A DNA stretch of 63,129 nucleotides, filler included, from Reticulomyxa filosa (GCA_000512085.1; 12 parts of 12 records of this genome joined end to end with filler, not necessarily neighbours in it), one strand, 5' to 3'; shown: positions 1 to 11,858, counted from the first letter of the whole stretch. The notes: generated by a model from the sequence alone, not told the origin. Program-made: numbers and translations.

Positions 1-58
1 ATATATATATATATATATATATGTAATACCAATAACACAAATATCAAATATGTAACAG

Positions 59-1117
59 AACAAAACGAAAACGTTGGAGGAAGAAAATGAAAGATTAGAA
101 AGCGCGATAAGCGAGCAAAGATACGCCAACACAGAGCTGGCAACTCGGATACAAGACTTGGAAAAAAGGGTACAAGAGAAGGCGGGGATGACGGAAGAAC
201 ATCAAGGAGAAGAGGAGGAGGAGGAAGAAGAAGAAGAAGAAGAAGAAGAGAATAAGGGCCGATTACGGCAACAGCGACGACGAGGACGAACGGAGGATGG
301 ACACACATCAGAGATTCTTTCATCAGCTTTATTCCACGGCGACAAAGGGACAGTAAATGATTGGGACCACATGAGCGCGGCTATTACGGCAACACTACAA
401 AGTCAAAGTCGTGGTCATAGTCGTGAAGACAATGAAAACATTAGTTCGCATGACAATGCAAGCAGTAAAGCAAGTGTCCAACATCGACCGGCATCCTCTT
501 CGAAGATGACATGGCAACAGCACATATTGCACAACTCGGGCAAGGAGTGCGTGAAGGACTTTTGGGACGAGGATGACATTGACAGGGACGCCCATGAAAT
601 GTTCCCGTTTCAACAAATGTATCTTCAAAATATGATGAATGAGCTGGTCAACTATTCTGCGCCAACGCAAGACGAAGACGAAGACTATGATATGGCTTCC
701 TTCGGATATTGGGAAGATACTGCGTCTCCATCTCAACCCCCATCCCAGTCTCTACGCACAACTGCTACTCCAGGAGGCAAACGTGATAGTATGAACTCAG
801 GACGTTACCTGTCTGATACTATCTTGTTCCACAATGATGTCATGGGCGAACACTATGTCCACGATCGTCGCTCTAAAAAAGGAAAAAAACATCACAAAAA
901 ACATAAGAAACACTCCAACCGCTTTTGGACTCCTGCCAAAGTCGGACTTTGCGCGACCTTCGTCCTTGGAAGTCTCACGTTCTTGGGCTATTACGCCTGG
1001 AAACATTATTTTCACACACATGATGCAAAAGACACAGAGAACCTCTCTTCTTCGTCCAAAAAACCTTTCCATCTAAAAACTCAAAAAAAAATTAAGTCCT
1101 CTTTCTCAAGATCTTAA
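59..1117 (+). CDS. 3' exon of an unknown protein: coiled coil, poly-Glu, low-complexity region and a single TM helix near the C-terminus (tail-anchored-like)
   Basis: 347-aa ORF after an AG acceptor at 57-58 that follows a (TA)n tract; EK-rich heptads; TM VGLCATFVLGSLTFLGYYAW flanked by basic stretches. 5' part lies outside the window. Confidence 0.6.
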   Translation, partial: NKTKTLEEENERLESAISEQRYANTELATRIQDLEKRVQEKAGMTEEHQGEEEEEEEEEEEEEENKGRLRQQRRRGRTEDGHTSEILSSALFHGDKGTVNDWDHMSAAITATLQSQSRGHSREDNENISSHDNASSKASVQHRPASSSKMTWQQHILHNSGKECVKDFWDEDDIDRDAHEMFPFQQMYLQNMMNELVNYSAPTQDEDEDYDMASFGYWEDTASPSQPPSQSLRTTATPGGKRDSMNSGRYLSDTILFHNDVMGEHYVHDRRSKKGKKHHKKHKKHSNRFWTPAKVGLCATFVLGSLTFLGYYAWKHYFHTHDAKDTENLSSSSKKPFHLKTQKKIKSSFSRS

Positions 1118-2439
1118 TTTTTTGTTTTGCTTTGTTTTGTTTTCGTTCTTATATGTCGGCAAATTGTTAATGGGATGTGTGAAATTTTTTTTTCTTTCTT
1201 TTTGATTATATTTTTTGGTCGCTTGTGTTCGCTCGTTCTTTTGTTTACAAAGACCAAAACACAAAATCACAAAAATAACATTTTATGTGGCTCAGAACCG
1301 CTGCTCTTTTTTTAGTATATCAGAAATCAAACTCATTCTTATAGCGTGACACTCAACTACAGCAAGCACTTTATGCTTTAAAAAATATTTTCGTCTTCCT
1401 TATCAAAATATTTAAAAAATTGCAATTTCGGCATCTTTTTTAATAAACACATTACGTTTTACTGAACAAAAAAAAAGGATTTTTTTTCCTTTTTTTTTGT
1501 GTCTGTGCCAGTTCGTATTTGGGGTGATATTGCCCCTGCTCCCTACAATTGCATGTTTTTAATATTTTTTTTTAATGTTTTTTCAACTTAAAAGAAAAAG
1601 TCTGTTTGTTGAACAGACTTACTACTTTGACAAAAAAGAGTTGATGCAAAGCATCATTGATCAAAAGGAAAAAAAAATGAATAAATGGGGTAAGGCCACA
1701 GTCTCCGAAAGGAGATTAATATGGTTGCGTACATTTTTAAAATTCAACTATTATGTGATTGACAAACAGCCTCAACCATCGTCTTGCAAAAAAAAAAAGT
1801 TTTCACATACAAGAAGAAAAAAACATTGTGTTGAAGTCCACACCGAATGTAATAAAAAAGAAAGTGTTTGTATTTATTATTTTTATTTTATTATAAAATG
1901 TTATTTTGTTTGTTTGTGCTTATAAAAGACATTTGTTTTTTTGTCTGAAGAAAAAAAAATAGTAAATGAAAATTCCAGCCTGGATCCAGAAATGGCCAGC
2001 GTATTGCGACGATACTCCAAAGAAAAGGAAACTGTATTTGAATGATAGTTGGAGAAGAATAAAGGATCGCTGCCTTATTTCAAATTATTCAATCAGCTGC
2101 GAAGAGACTGAAAATAGCACGACGTTCTTTGATATTAGCTAGTGGTCTTGTATCGTTTGCAATGACTCCAAGCGTTGAACATGCGCACCGAACGTTACTG
2201 CAATCTCGCCGCTCCAGACAATATATAATTGATTACTTACTTGATATATAGCACAAAATTTAGCTTCATCAAATTGGCGGCAAGATTAGAAAGTCATTGA
2301 TCGAACATTTAAGAAATCGATCGAAAACCATTTCAGTCGTTAGATCAAAGTTGGAAAATATAGTAGTTCAATAGTTGTAATCAATTTGACAGTAAGCTTG
2401 TAAAATATTGTCAATAAATTGGAACTACATCAGCGACTA

Positions 2440-2610
2440 CAGTAGATTGCAAAAAAAACTGAAATAACTAAATGGCACTATATGAAGAGAATCGATTTTC
2501 TCCATGAAAAATAAAGATTTAAAACTAATTTTTTTAAAAAAAATATCTACTAATATTGTAGTTTTTAAATATTAAATTATTTTTTTTTGCTAATTTTCTT
2601 TATTGTTGAT
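2440..2610 (+). mobile_element. Tc1/mariner-like terminal repeat, copy A
   Basis: Starts TA|CAGTAGATTGCAAAAAAAA and aligns closely by eye with 59458-59623, which abuts a Tc1 transposase remnant. Confidence 0.65.
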
Positions 2611-2827
2611 ATTTTAAATTGATATTTAAAATAGTGAAACATTTGATTGCTTTTAAGAAAAGAGTTGCTGTTGGTGCAGCTATTATTTGATCTGTAGCAA
2701 AGAAATTTAATATAAGTATATTTTCAATTTTTGCTGTCGTCATATAAGTGTAATGGAACCATAAAAAGAAAAGCTGAATCTGTCGGTCAGAGAAGATTAA
2801 TCATGTCACAAAGTTGAAGAAATAATA

Positions 2828-2961
2828 CAGTATGTTGCAAAGAAAACTGAACGCCTAAAACATATCTTATGATGATAATTGATTTTCTCAATGAAAAATC
2901 AACATTTAGACCTAATTTTTTTTTTAAAAATATCTTCAAATCTTGTAGTTTTTAAATATGA
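2828..2961 (+). mobile_element. Diverged Tc1/mariner-like terminal repeat, copy B (cut by gap)
   Basis: TA|CAGTATGTTGCAAAGAAAACTG followed by GATTTTCTCAATGAAAAAT...TCTTGTAGTTTTTAAATAT, shared with copies A and C. Confidence 0.55.
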
Positions 2962-3061
2962 NNNNNNNNNNNNNNNNNNNNNNNNNNNNNNNNNNNNNNN
3001 NNNNNTTAATTAATTAANNNNNNNNNNNNNNNNNNNNNNNNNNNNNNNNNNNNNNNNNNNN
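2962..3061. other. Artificial contig linker
   Basis: 44N-TTAATTAATTAA-44N; the 12-mer has stops in all six frames. Confidence 0.98.
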
Positions 3062-4792
3062 CAACGACAACGACAACGACGACGACAACAACAATAAGTG
3101 ATATTATTCCAAGTAAAGACAATCATTACCAAAGTATGTATTCCATCGATTCCAATCGATCATACGAACTCAAAGCGGAGAAGATTCGCCAGCATGCGAG
3201 CAGTCTGGAAGATTTGAGAGAGAGAAGTGAGCATGCGATGAATGGGGAAGAGATGCAACGTTTGATCACCGAGTTGGAAAAGTATGAGATAACGGTGGTG
3301 AAGCCTGCCAAGCTGAAAGACAACAAACGTCTATTGGAAAAGATCAAGCATGATTACAATCACGATTTCAATCAAGTATTTGACATTGGGAGATTTACAA
3401 TTTTGTGTGACAATGAAATGAAGCTGCAAACCGCCGTGGCGGTGATGAAAAAAGCAGGCGAGTTTCATATGATCGTGTCGGAAGATAAAGACTATTTTTA
3501 CAAGCAGTCCAAGACGCATCATCGCTTTCACAATATCAAGCTCTATGTCCCCGAGTATGATGTGTATGTGGAAATGCAAGCCACATTGAAGAATTTCACG
3601 ACATTGGAGAACTATTCGGTTGTGGAGAATCCTACGTTGAGTCATCATTTGTATGAGATTCTTCGATGTTGGCCTATCCAATCAGGAGGAGGAGATAGCA
3701 GTCATGGAGGTATATTAAGACAGGCAGGAGATCAAATACTAATGCAAATGAATGACATTTTATGCGAATGGATGGACGAGACCTTAGTGGACAAACTGGC
3801 CAATCGATATGTGGGCTCCAAACAATTAGGGATTTTGAAACCACCTCAGCTCAAAGAGCAAACTCAAAGTATCATTCACAAAGTCAGCTCCTTGAAACTT
3901 ATGTCTTTTGTGTATGACCAACTTTGCTCGTTTGCGCCGACGCAGACCAAAGGAAAGGCCATTTATATGGTCTTGTTTGACTTTTTCAAAAAACACATTA
4001 TCGGCGAAGCACATCCTGCCACGTGTCAAGAGGTGGCTGCCATTTTGCAAATGCAACAGAAACATGAAATCAATCAAGATCTGGCCTTGTCGCAAGGTCT
4101 ACACTTGTATATTCCTTTGCAAGGCAATAACTATCCACATATCTCTTTCGCTGTCAAAGGCAAAGGCTATGATTGCCATCGACGAATGATCAAGTTTTTA
4201 GAAGATTCCAAAGCCTCCGTTTGCGTGTTGCAAGGCAGCTCTGGATCGGGCAAAAGTCTGTTTTGTCGACATTTGGAAAATTTTTTGTGGAGGAAATACC
4301 ACAATGACTCGCAAAAACATTCCATGCCTGTGTACATATCTTTCGCCAAATGCTACGGCCATCATCAACGCATTGACGAAAAAGAAATGATATCTCAGGC
4401 GTTGCAACTGAAACGCATCTCCAAATATATGATGGAGTCGATTCGCGATCAGATATCGTTCATCTTTATCCTGGACGGATTTGACGAAATTTTTGACTCG
4501 TATTCCAAACGACATCAACTCTTCTTTATCAATGCATTCCACTTGCAACAATGGAAGGCGACCAAGATCATCATCACCTGTCGCTCCAATGTTTTGCATG
4601 ACCAGGACATCAAAATCACGCTAATCGGAAACAATGCACGCAAAACGATGATGATGTATTTGTGGCCCTTTTCCAATGAGCAAATGGGCCATTACATTGA
4701 AAAGTTTGTAAAGTCACAAAACACTACTAATTATATTAATAGCAATATCAAAAGCAAGAACAAAAATAAGAATAGGAATAGTAATTACAATA

Positions 4793-4845
<53 letters not shown>

Positions 4846-7813
4846 GAAAAATAATAGCTCTCACAGTTGGACTGTTCGTCAATATCATGACACATTAAAC
4901 AAATTCCCACATCTTCAAAAAATGATTGAAGAACCCTTTTTGCTTCGCTTGATCTTGACTGTGCTGCCCGACTTGCTCGAAGAATATGAAGCTGGCACCC
5001 ACATTTCCAAAGTCCAAGTGTACGAGGCCTTCATGGACCATTGGTTCGATATCCACGCACAAACCATTATTCAAAAAATGAACGAACTGAGAATGTACAT
5101 CAATGAAAACAAATTGAAACGGGGCTTTGAACGGTATTGCAATGAACTAGGCTTTGAAATGTTTCTTCAAAAAAGTCAAGTTGCAATTGATATGGACTAT
5201 GAGAATTCTGGCGGTTTGCAAAGACACAAACGAAAAAAGACAGAAAAGCCACAAAAACGACACGATGTTTGGGAGCGATTCTTTGATGCCGATAGTCTCA
5301 ATAAGCTCACTTTACGTCGCATTGGCAACAATCAGTACTCGTTTTTGCACAAGTCATGTCAAGAATATTGCGCTGCACATTATATTATCAATGAAATTAT
5401 TTCCTTGAATGACAAAGAAAAAAATGAAAATGAAAACATTGATATAAATGCAAATGAATATAAAAACAAAATGGAATATGTACATAATGAAAGTAATAAC
5501 GACGCGAATGTGCAATCACAGATGGAATTGCAATTGCTAAATCTATCTCTTAATAAAAAGCTATTGAATGACGAAGATGGAATTGTCAGATTTATTGCCG
5601 AAAGGGTTCATGATAATCGCACCACATTGTATTCCAATTTGAAATCGCGATTGTTTGAGCTGATCGAATGTTCCAGGCGAAACAAGCAAATATCGATCGC
5701 AGCTGCCAATGCCGTGACTATTTTGAATGTGGCCCGCGTGCCATTTGCCTACATGGATTGGAAAGGTGTGTCAATTGAGCATGCAATATTAGATTATGCC
5801 TTTTTAGAGGGTGTAGATTTTGCCAATGCCAACTTGGCTAATGTCAGCTTCGTGCAAGCCTTGCTGAACAACTGCAACTTTCAGCATACCAACTTGCAAG
5901 GTGCATATTTTGGAGAATATGCGTATTTTGATGGTCATGAAGGGAATGTGAATGGTGCGCAGTTTTCACCCGATGGAAAGATGATTGTGTCTTGTTCCCA
6001 AGATAAGACCATTCGATTGTGGAATGTTGAATCTGGACAAGTGCTGAAAGTGATTGAAGGTCATGCAAGCAGTGTCAATGCAGTGCAATTTTCATCCAAT
6101 GGCAAAATGGTGGTGTCTTGTTCCAATGATACCACCGTCAAGCTATGGGATGTAGAGTCTGGGCAAGAGATGCGAACCTTCCAAGGTCACTTTGATTGTG
6201 TTCGTGGGGTGAGTTTCTCTCCAGATGGCAATACCATTGTGTCATGTTCAAATGATAAAACCATTCGATTTTGGGAGGTTGACTCTGGGAAGGAAATAAA
6301 AGTGATCACATCACATCAATCCAGTGTCAATGCAGTGCAGTTTTCACCCAATGGAAAAATAATTGCTTCTTGCTATGATGATGATGTCATCCGCACGTGG
6401 GATGTGAAATCAGGACGACAGATCCAAAGATTCCAAGGACATACCAACATGGTTCGTGCAATCCAATTTTCCCCAGATGGACGCATGCTTGCCTCATGTT
6501 CGCACGATAACACTGTTCGATTATGGAATACAATGTCCGGACGGCAAATCCAACGATTCAATGGACATTCCGATCACGTCAATGGATTGCACTTTTCTCG
6601 AGATGGTGAAACGATTGTATCTTGTTCAAAAGATAAAACAATTCGTTTTTGGGACGTTGCGTCCGGGAGACAATTAAACAAATTAGAAGGACATTTGTAT
6701 AAAATTAACCAAGTGCAATTTTCTCCTGATGATCGCACCGTATTGTCATGCTCATTTGATAAAACCATTCGCTTATGGGACGCCCATGTCGATTACAATT
6801 CCGAACTGGGTAAGTTTGAAGGTCACTTAAACGTCATCAATTGTGTGCAGTTTTCTCCTGATGGAAAATATATTGCCTCTTCTTCCTTGGACAAAACAGT
6901 CCGATTGTGGAGCGTGACTTCTGCCCAAGAAATTGCCTCGTTTTCGGGACATCTTGAAAATATCACAGGGGTGCAATTTTCACCCAATAGCAAATATATT
7001 GTCTCTTGGTCCAATGATGAAACCATTGGATTGTGGCAAGTGTATTTCAATCGCGTGCAGTCGATTGGCAAACTGAAAGGACATTCCAAACCCATCAATG
7101 AAGTGCATTTTTCATCAAATTCGAGATTTGTTATTTCGTGCTCGGATGATAAAAGCATTATATTGTGGGATATCCTTTCTCTTGAACAAGTAATCAAATT
7201 TGAAGGACATTCCAATTGGGTCAATGGCGTCCAATTTTCACCAGATGGCTGTCTCATCGTTTCTTGCTCCAATGACAAAAGCATTCGAATATGGCATGTC
7301 AAATCAGGCAAACTACTTCACACGTTGAATGGACATACCAACACGGTGAACAAAGTCCAGTTCTCGCCAGACGCAAAATTCATTGTCTCCTGCTCACTTG
7401 ACAAAAGCATTTGTGTATGGGATGCCGCATCCTACAAACAGCTGGCCGTATTGGAAGGACATACCAGTTCTATCAATTCTGTCCAATTTTCGCCCGATTG
7501 TAAATCGATCATCTCTTGTTCCGATGATCAAACCATTCGGTTGTGGGATGCCTCTACCTTTCAGTTATTACATGTGCTGCAAGGACACTCGGACAAAGTC
7601 AATTGCGTCAGATTCTCTCCCGAAGGAAATACTATTGCTTCTTGCTCTTCTGATAAGACCATTCGTCTGTGGGATCTTACTTCTCTTCGATGCATTTGGC
7701 AAATTGGTGTACAGTATTCTGGATTATCTATGCTTCGAAGCACATGGAGTGGAGCTACCGGATTAACTCCAAACCAAATTATGCTGGTTGCGCAGCGAGG
7801 GGGAGTACTTTAA
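3062..7813 (+). CDS. NLR-like STAND protein: RelA/SpoT-like N-terminal domain, NACHT NTPase, pentapeptide repeats, 14 WD40 repeats (possibly 5'-truncated)
   Basis: ORFs 3136-4854 and 4922-7813 join through a phase-0 GT-AG intron 4708-4846 (IEKF|KNNSSHSWTVRQY...MIEEPFLL). Walker A GSSGSGKS 4234-4257; Walker B LDGFDE 4471-4488; pentapeptide repeats about 5780-5915; 14 GH..V..VQFSPDG..W repeats about 5933-7680. The frame stays open back to the gap. Confidence 0.88.
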
Positions 7814-8425
7814 TCTTTCTTTTTTTTTTTTCTGTTTGTTCGTTTTTATGATTTGCTATTGCTATTTCCAAAATTTCAATAACAGCAAAAACTTGCCATT
7901 GCAATCCTTGTAAAAATTTGTGTATTACATTTGTTTCATAGCTCTCATTTTCCATAATTGTTTTACACGAGTCATCTTCTTAATCCTGCCGATTAATACT
8001 AGATAACTATTTCGTTTGTGTACTTGTAAGAAATTAACTATTACTTTTTAGAATGATTACACTCCAAAATGAGTATATGATTTTTAGTTTTATAAAACTA
8101 TTCAAAGAGACAAAGCGCCACCAAAAAAAAAAAAGATGAATTATGTAAAGCAAATCTGTAAGAAAAAAGGACATACGTGTTAGTTTCTTCAAATTCCAAT
8201 ACTCAATATAATTGAAAGTCAAATTCTTATATTGTATTCCAATATGTTTGCTTTTACATGTCTTTACATTATCTCATTCCTTTTGTTATCAAATTACAAT
8301 TCTGAGCGACATACTGTATTTGTCATGACGTTTTAAATGCTTCACTGTCCAGAAAGCTGTTGAAAACGTGTAAATACATATCGTGGTGGGGTGGAACAAA
8401 CAAAAAGAATTTTTTTTTTTTTTTT

Positions 8426-8525
8426 NNNNNNNNNNNNNNNNNNNNNNNNNNNNNNNNNNNNNNNNNNNNTTAATTAATTAANNNNNNNNNNNNNNNNNNN
8501 NNNNNNNNNNNNNNNNNNNNNNNNN
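8426..8525. other. Artificial contig linker
   Basis: 44N-TTAATTAATTAA-44N. Confidence 0.98.
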
Positions 8526-8539
8526 AAAAAAAAAAAAAG

Positions 8540-10016
8540 GGATGATAAATTTACATAAAATGAATCACGTGTTATGCATCGATGCGAAGAATCTGCAAGT
8601 GACAGTGCAAAGTGGCTGTACGGTGCAGCAGGTACTGAAGGCGATACGTCCGTACGGGATGACGTTGGAGAACATTCCATCGATAGTGACACAGCAAATG
8701 GGCGGCTTAACGCAAGTGAGCGCACACGGAACGGGACTGAACATAGGCCCTTGCGACACGCAAGTGGTCGCATTGCAAATGATCCATCCTTGCAATGCGC
8801 AGCAGGTGGTGTCGTACGAACAAGACGACGACAGCTCGGGCCTGTTTCCGTTTGTCCGCGTGGGCCTGGGCAGCTTGGGCGTGGTGACGCAAATGACCTT
8901 GCAATGCGTGAAGAGTCACAAGCTGAAGGAAGAAGTGCGCGTCTGTTCGCACAAAGAGTTGACGAAAAAGATGGCCGATGACTCGTGGTTGCAAGCTCAC
9001 CAGCACTTGAAGGTACTGTGGGTCCCGTACACCGAGCACGCCGTGTGTATCACTGCAGACAAGGTCGACGATAATGGCGATGGTAATCATGATGGTAATG
9101 ATGATGGTCTTTCCGATGTAAACGCAAGCAAACACAACGCCGATGAACAGTGCTTCAATGAACTGTACAAATATTACAATCCCAAAAAACAGTACTTTTG
9201 CGACCCCGGCCATTGCCATAAGTATTCGTTTGCCTCGTGGAGGGACATTATCTTGAAACAACAGCTGGAACAGCCGCAAGGCTTCCATGGACTTGTCGGC
9301 TCGTTCATTCGCGACTTGAACCAATGCGAGCTGTTCTATTGGAAGCGATTAGAACAGACCCATTTGACAGAGGGCGATCACGTCGCGTGGAACGATGATA
9401 TCCTTGGCTTTGAGTGCGGCGGACAGCAACTTGTTTACGAAATATGCTTCCCTCACACTCAAAATGACGCCCTTATCGTTCTCGATTTGTTGCATCACAT
9501 TCAAAAGTTGCAAATTCCTGCACCCGCACCGATTGAACAGCGATGGACAGCACGCAGCGCCTCAGGTCTTTTTTTTTTTAAATGTGTACAACATATACAT
9601 ATATACAAATATATGTACATATAATTGTTTATATAGAAAGTATACGTGTTTTTTTTAAAAAAAAAAAAAAATATTTAAATAGTAATGAGTCCAGCCTATT
9701 CCCCCAATGAAAAAGACAAATTCATGTGGCTTGGGATTGTGTTTTATTTGTCAACACAAGACCAAAAAATTCGAGATGATATCATCAAGAACTTTGCTGT
9801 GTATGAACGTGCGCTTGATCAAGTGTCACAAAAATATGGAGGAATTGGCCATTGGGCGAAACTTAACCTCCAACATCGTTCCAAAGACGATGTCAAACTT
9901 GTCAAACAACACATTCAACTCAAATCAATCACTTCTTGAAACGCTTTGCTGAATTGAAAGCCACCTTTGATCCCAATGACATCTTGTCTAATCAACTTAT
10001 TCAAGAATTACTTTAA
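8540..10016 (+). CDS. GLDH: L-galactono-1,4-lactone dehydrogenase-like FAD aldonolactone oxidoreductase (VAO/ALO family), 5'-truncated
   Basis: GMINL..M..V...D....VTVQSG, QQMGGLTQVSAHGTG, ILGFECGGQQ, IPAPAPIEQRWTARS, HWAK and FDPNDILSN parallel plant GLDH. Intron 9566-9682; apparent 1-nt frameshift near 9922. Confidence 0.8.
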
Positions 10017-10502
10017 ATACTCTTTTTTTCCACTACTCCTGAAAAATTGTAATGGTCACAAGTAAAAATATTTATTGGGAATAAGTGCTCTTCTTTTGTT
10101 TTTCCACAAATTTTTGATAATCTTTTGTTTTTAGAAAATAATTAACAAAGCGTTGTTATTATTTGATTTTTATATCTTGCGGATATTATTGATTCTGTAC
10201 ACTAAGTTTAATGAAAGGGAATGAATTTATTGCATTTAAATACTTTCGCTTTCTATTTTGTTCGCATTTTTGTAATAGAAAACAAGGATATGTAAATCAA
10301 ATACATAAAAAGTGATTTCAATCTTTAACAGCAAGAAAATATAAATAAAAACGATAAAAATCATAAAATATTCTGATAAGTCCGATTTGTCACGCGAATT
10401 TCGGACTAGAGTTGAACAATCAAATAGTCTCAACGTCAGAGGGGTTACAAAGATTGAACTCTTGTCCTTTTTCAAGAGCGGGACTGTCCTTTTTTTGCCA
10501 CT

Positions 10503-11310
10503 TCAAGTTATCTTTCGTCCAAAAAACAGACGCTTTCTGACAACTAAGACCATTTTTGCATGTTTGTTTGCAAGTAAAGGTTGTTTTTTAAGCGTCGTCG
10601 TCATCGTCGTCCTTCTTCTCCTTCCTCTTCTCCAACGTTTTGCACGTCTTCGCAATGCTCGCTTGCGTTTCGCCTCGTTCGTCTCTTTCAACAACTCACT
10701 GGACGCACGTTCGATGTCGTCAGCTGTTGAAATCAACTTTATGCCCGTCCCTTGACGTCCGGTGCTTGTCTTCACCAAGTACCACGTTCTTCGCTGCGGC
10801 AAACCACTCTTCTGCTGCTCATTCTCACGTTCGCTCAGTTGACGCTGCGCTTCCTTTCTCGTCGAGTAACTAATGTTCAATCGATGCGCCATTGCATGCT
10901 TGCTGCACAGCCGTTGCATGCATGGAAAACGAGACACGTACACGTTCTATTCAAATCCATTTTATTTTTTTATTTTTCTTTACAGCTTGTCATGCAATCA
11001 CGAGAATAATATATGCAGTTGATAACTTTTGTTTTCTCTTTCAAAGTCAGAGGAAAACGTCACAATGCAATTTTCAAAAAAAAAATTGGACCCCCCCTAT
11101 TCTTGGTTCCGTATTTTTGTATGTCTGTGTTGTGGGATCTTGCATTTTGCTTAAAGACAAAACTTCTAAAATACCATTCTTTGCTTGATACAGACAACGA
11201 CTTCAAATCCCCTTTTACCGAGTTGCGAGATGATTAATGATCATACATGTCTCGAATATCCACTTGTCTGGTTGGACGAGCTCTCGATGGTGCAGAGGAA
11301 GTGCATTTTC
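10503..11310 (-). pseudogene. Tubulin-tyrosine ligase-like (TTLL) fragment, possibly degenerate
   Basis: SRFPCMQRLCSKHAMAHRL and WYLVKTSTGRQGTGIKL resemble TTL motifs (NHFPG..L..K; WIVKP..G.QG.GI). The downstream KFDLR and LEVN motifs were not found. Confidence 0.4.
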
Positions 11311-11758
11311 TTTTTCCGATCACGTCATAAATGGATCACAACACTTCATCTATTTCAATTCACACAAAAATCAAATTTAAATTTTGAAATAATAAAAAAA
11401 TAAACAAATCTTAAAGTGTATGTATTTTTTCAAAATCAGTGGCAGCATGAAGTTATCATGTAGTGTCAAAGTATTAGTTTTACATCATTAAAAATAAATA
11501 TAAAAAATAATGGATTAACTTTTTTTTAATTTTCAGGCATCGGAAACTGTACGTCACCGCAACAAAAGTATTTTTTCACCCACGGACAGTCGCGACGAAA
11601 TAATTCAAAGAAAAGAATCCTTACAAAAAAATGATGAATCATACATTTTTCCTTTTGGTATCGGAAGCAACAAAAAGTGAAAAGGCTTTTCTCAAACAAG
11701 ATTTTCTCGTTCGGGTCGCACACGAAAAGTTCACACGCTTTTTTAAAAAAAGGGTTGG

Positions 11759-11858
11759 NNNNNNNNNNNNNNNNNNNNNNNNNNNNNNNNNNNNNNNNNN
11801 NNTTAATTAATTAANNNNNNNNNNNNNNNNNNNNNNNNNNNNNNNNNNNNNNNNNNNN
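11759..11858. other. Artificial contig linker
   Basis: 44N-TTAATTAATTAA-44N. Confidence 0.98.

Noticed and set aside
1575-2430. Coding-like sequence upstream of the Tc1 end
   Set aside because: Only short frames with many stops and no recognisable motif; possibly a relic but unassignable.
4795-4854. Poly-Ile C-terminal transmembrane helix on ORF 3136-4854
   Set aside because: Read-through into an (ATA)n microsatellite within a predicted intron.
5933-7680. Roughly 126-bp periodic DNA repeat as a CRISPR array or satellite
   Set aside because: Fully explained by in-frame WD40 codons with synonymous divergence.
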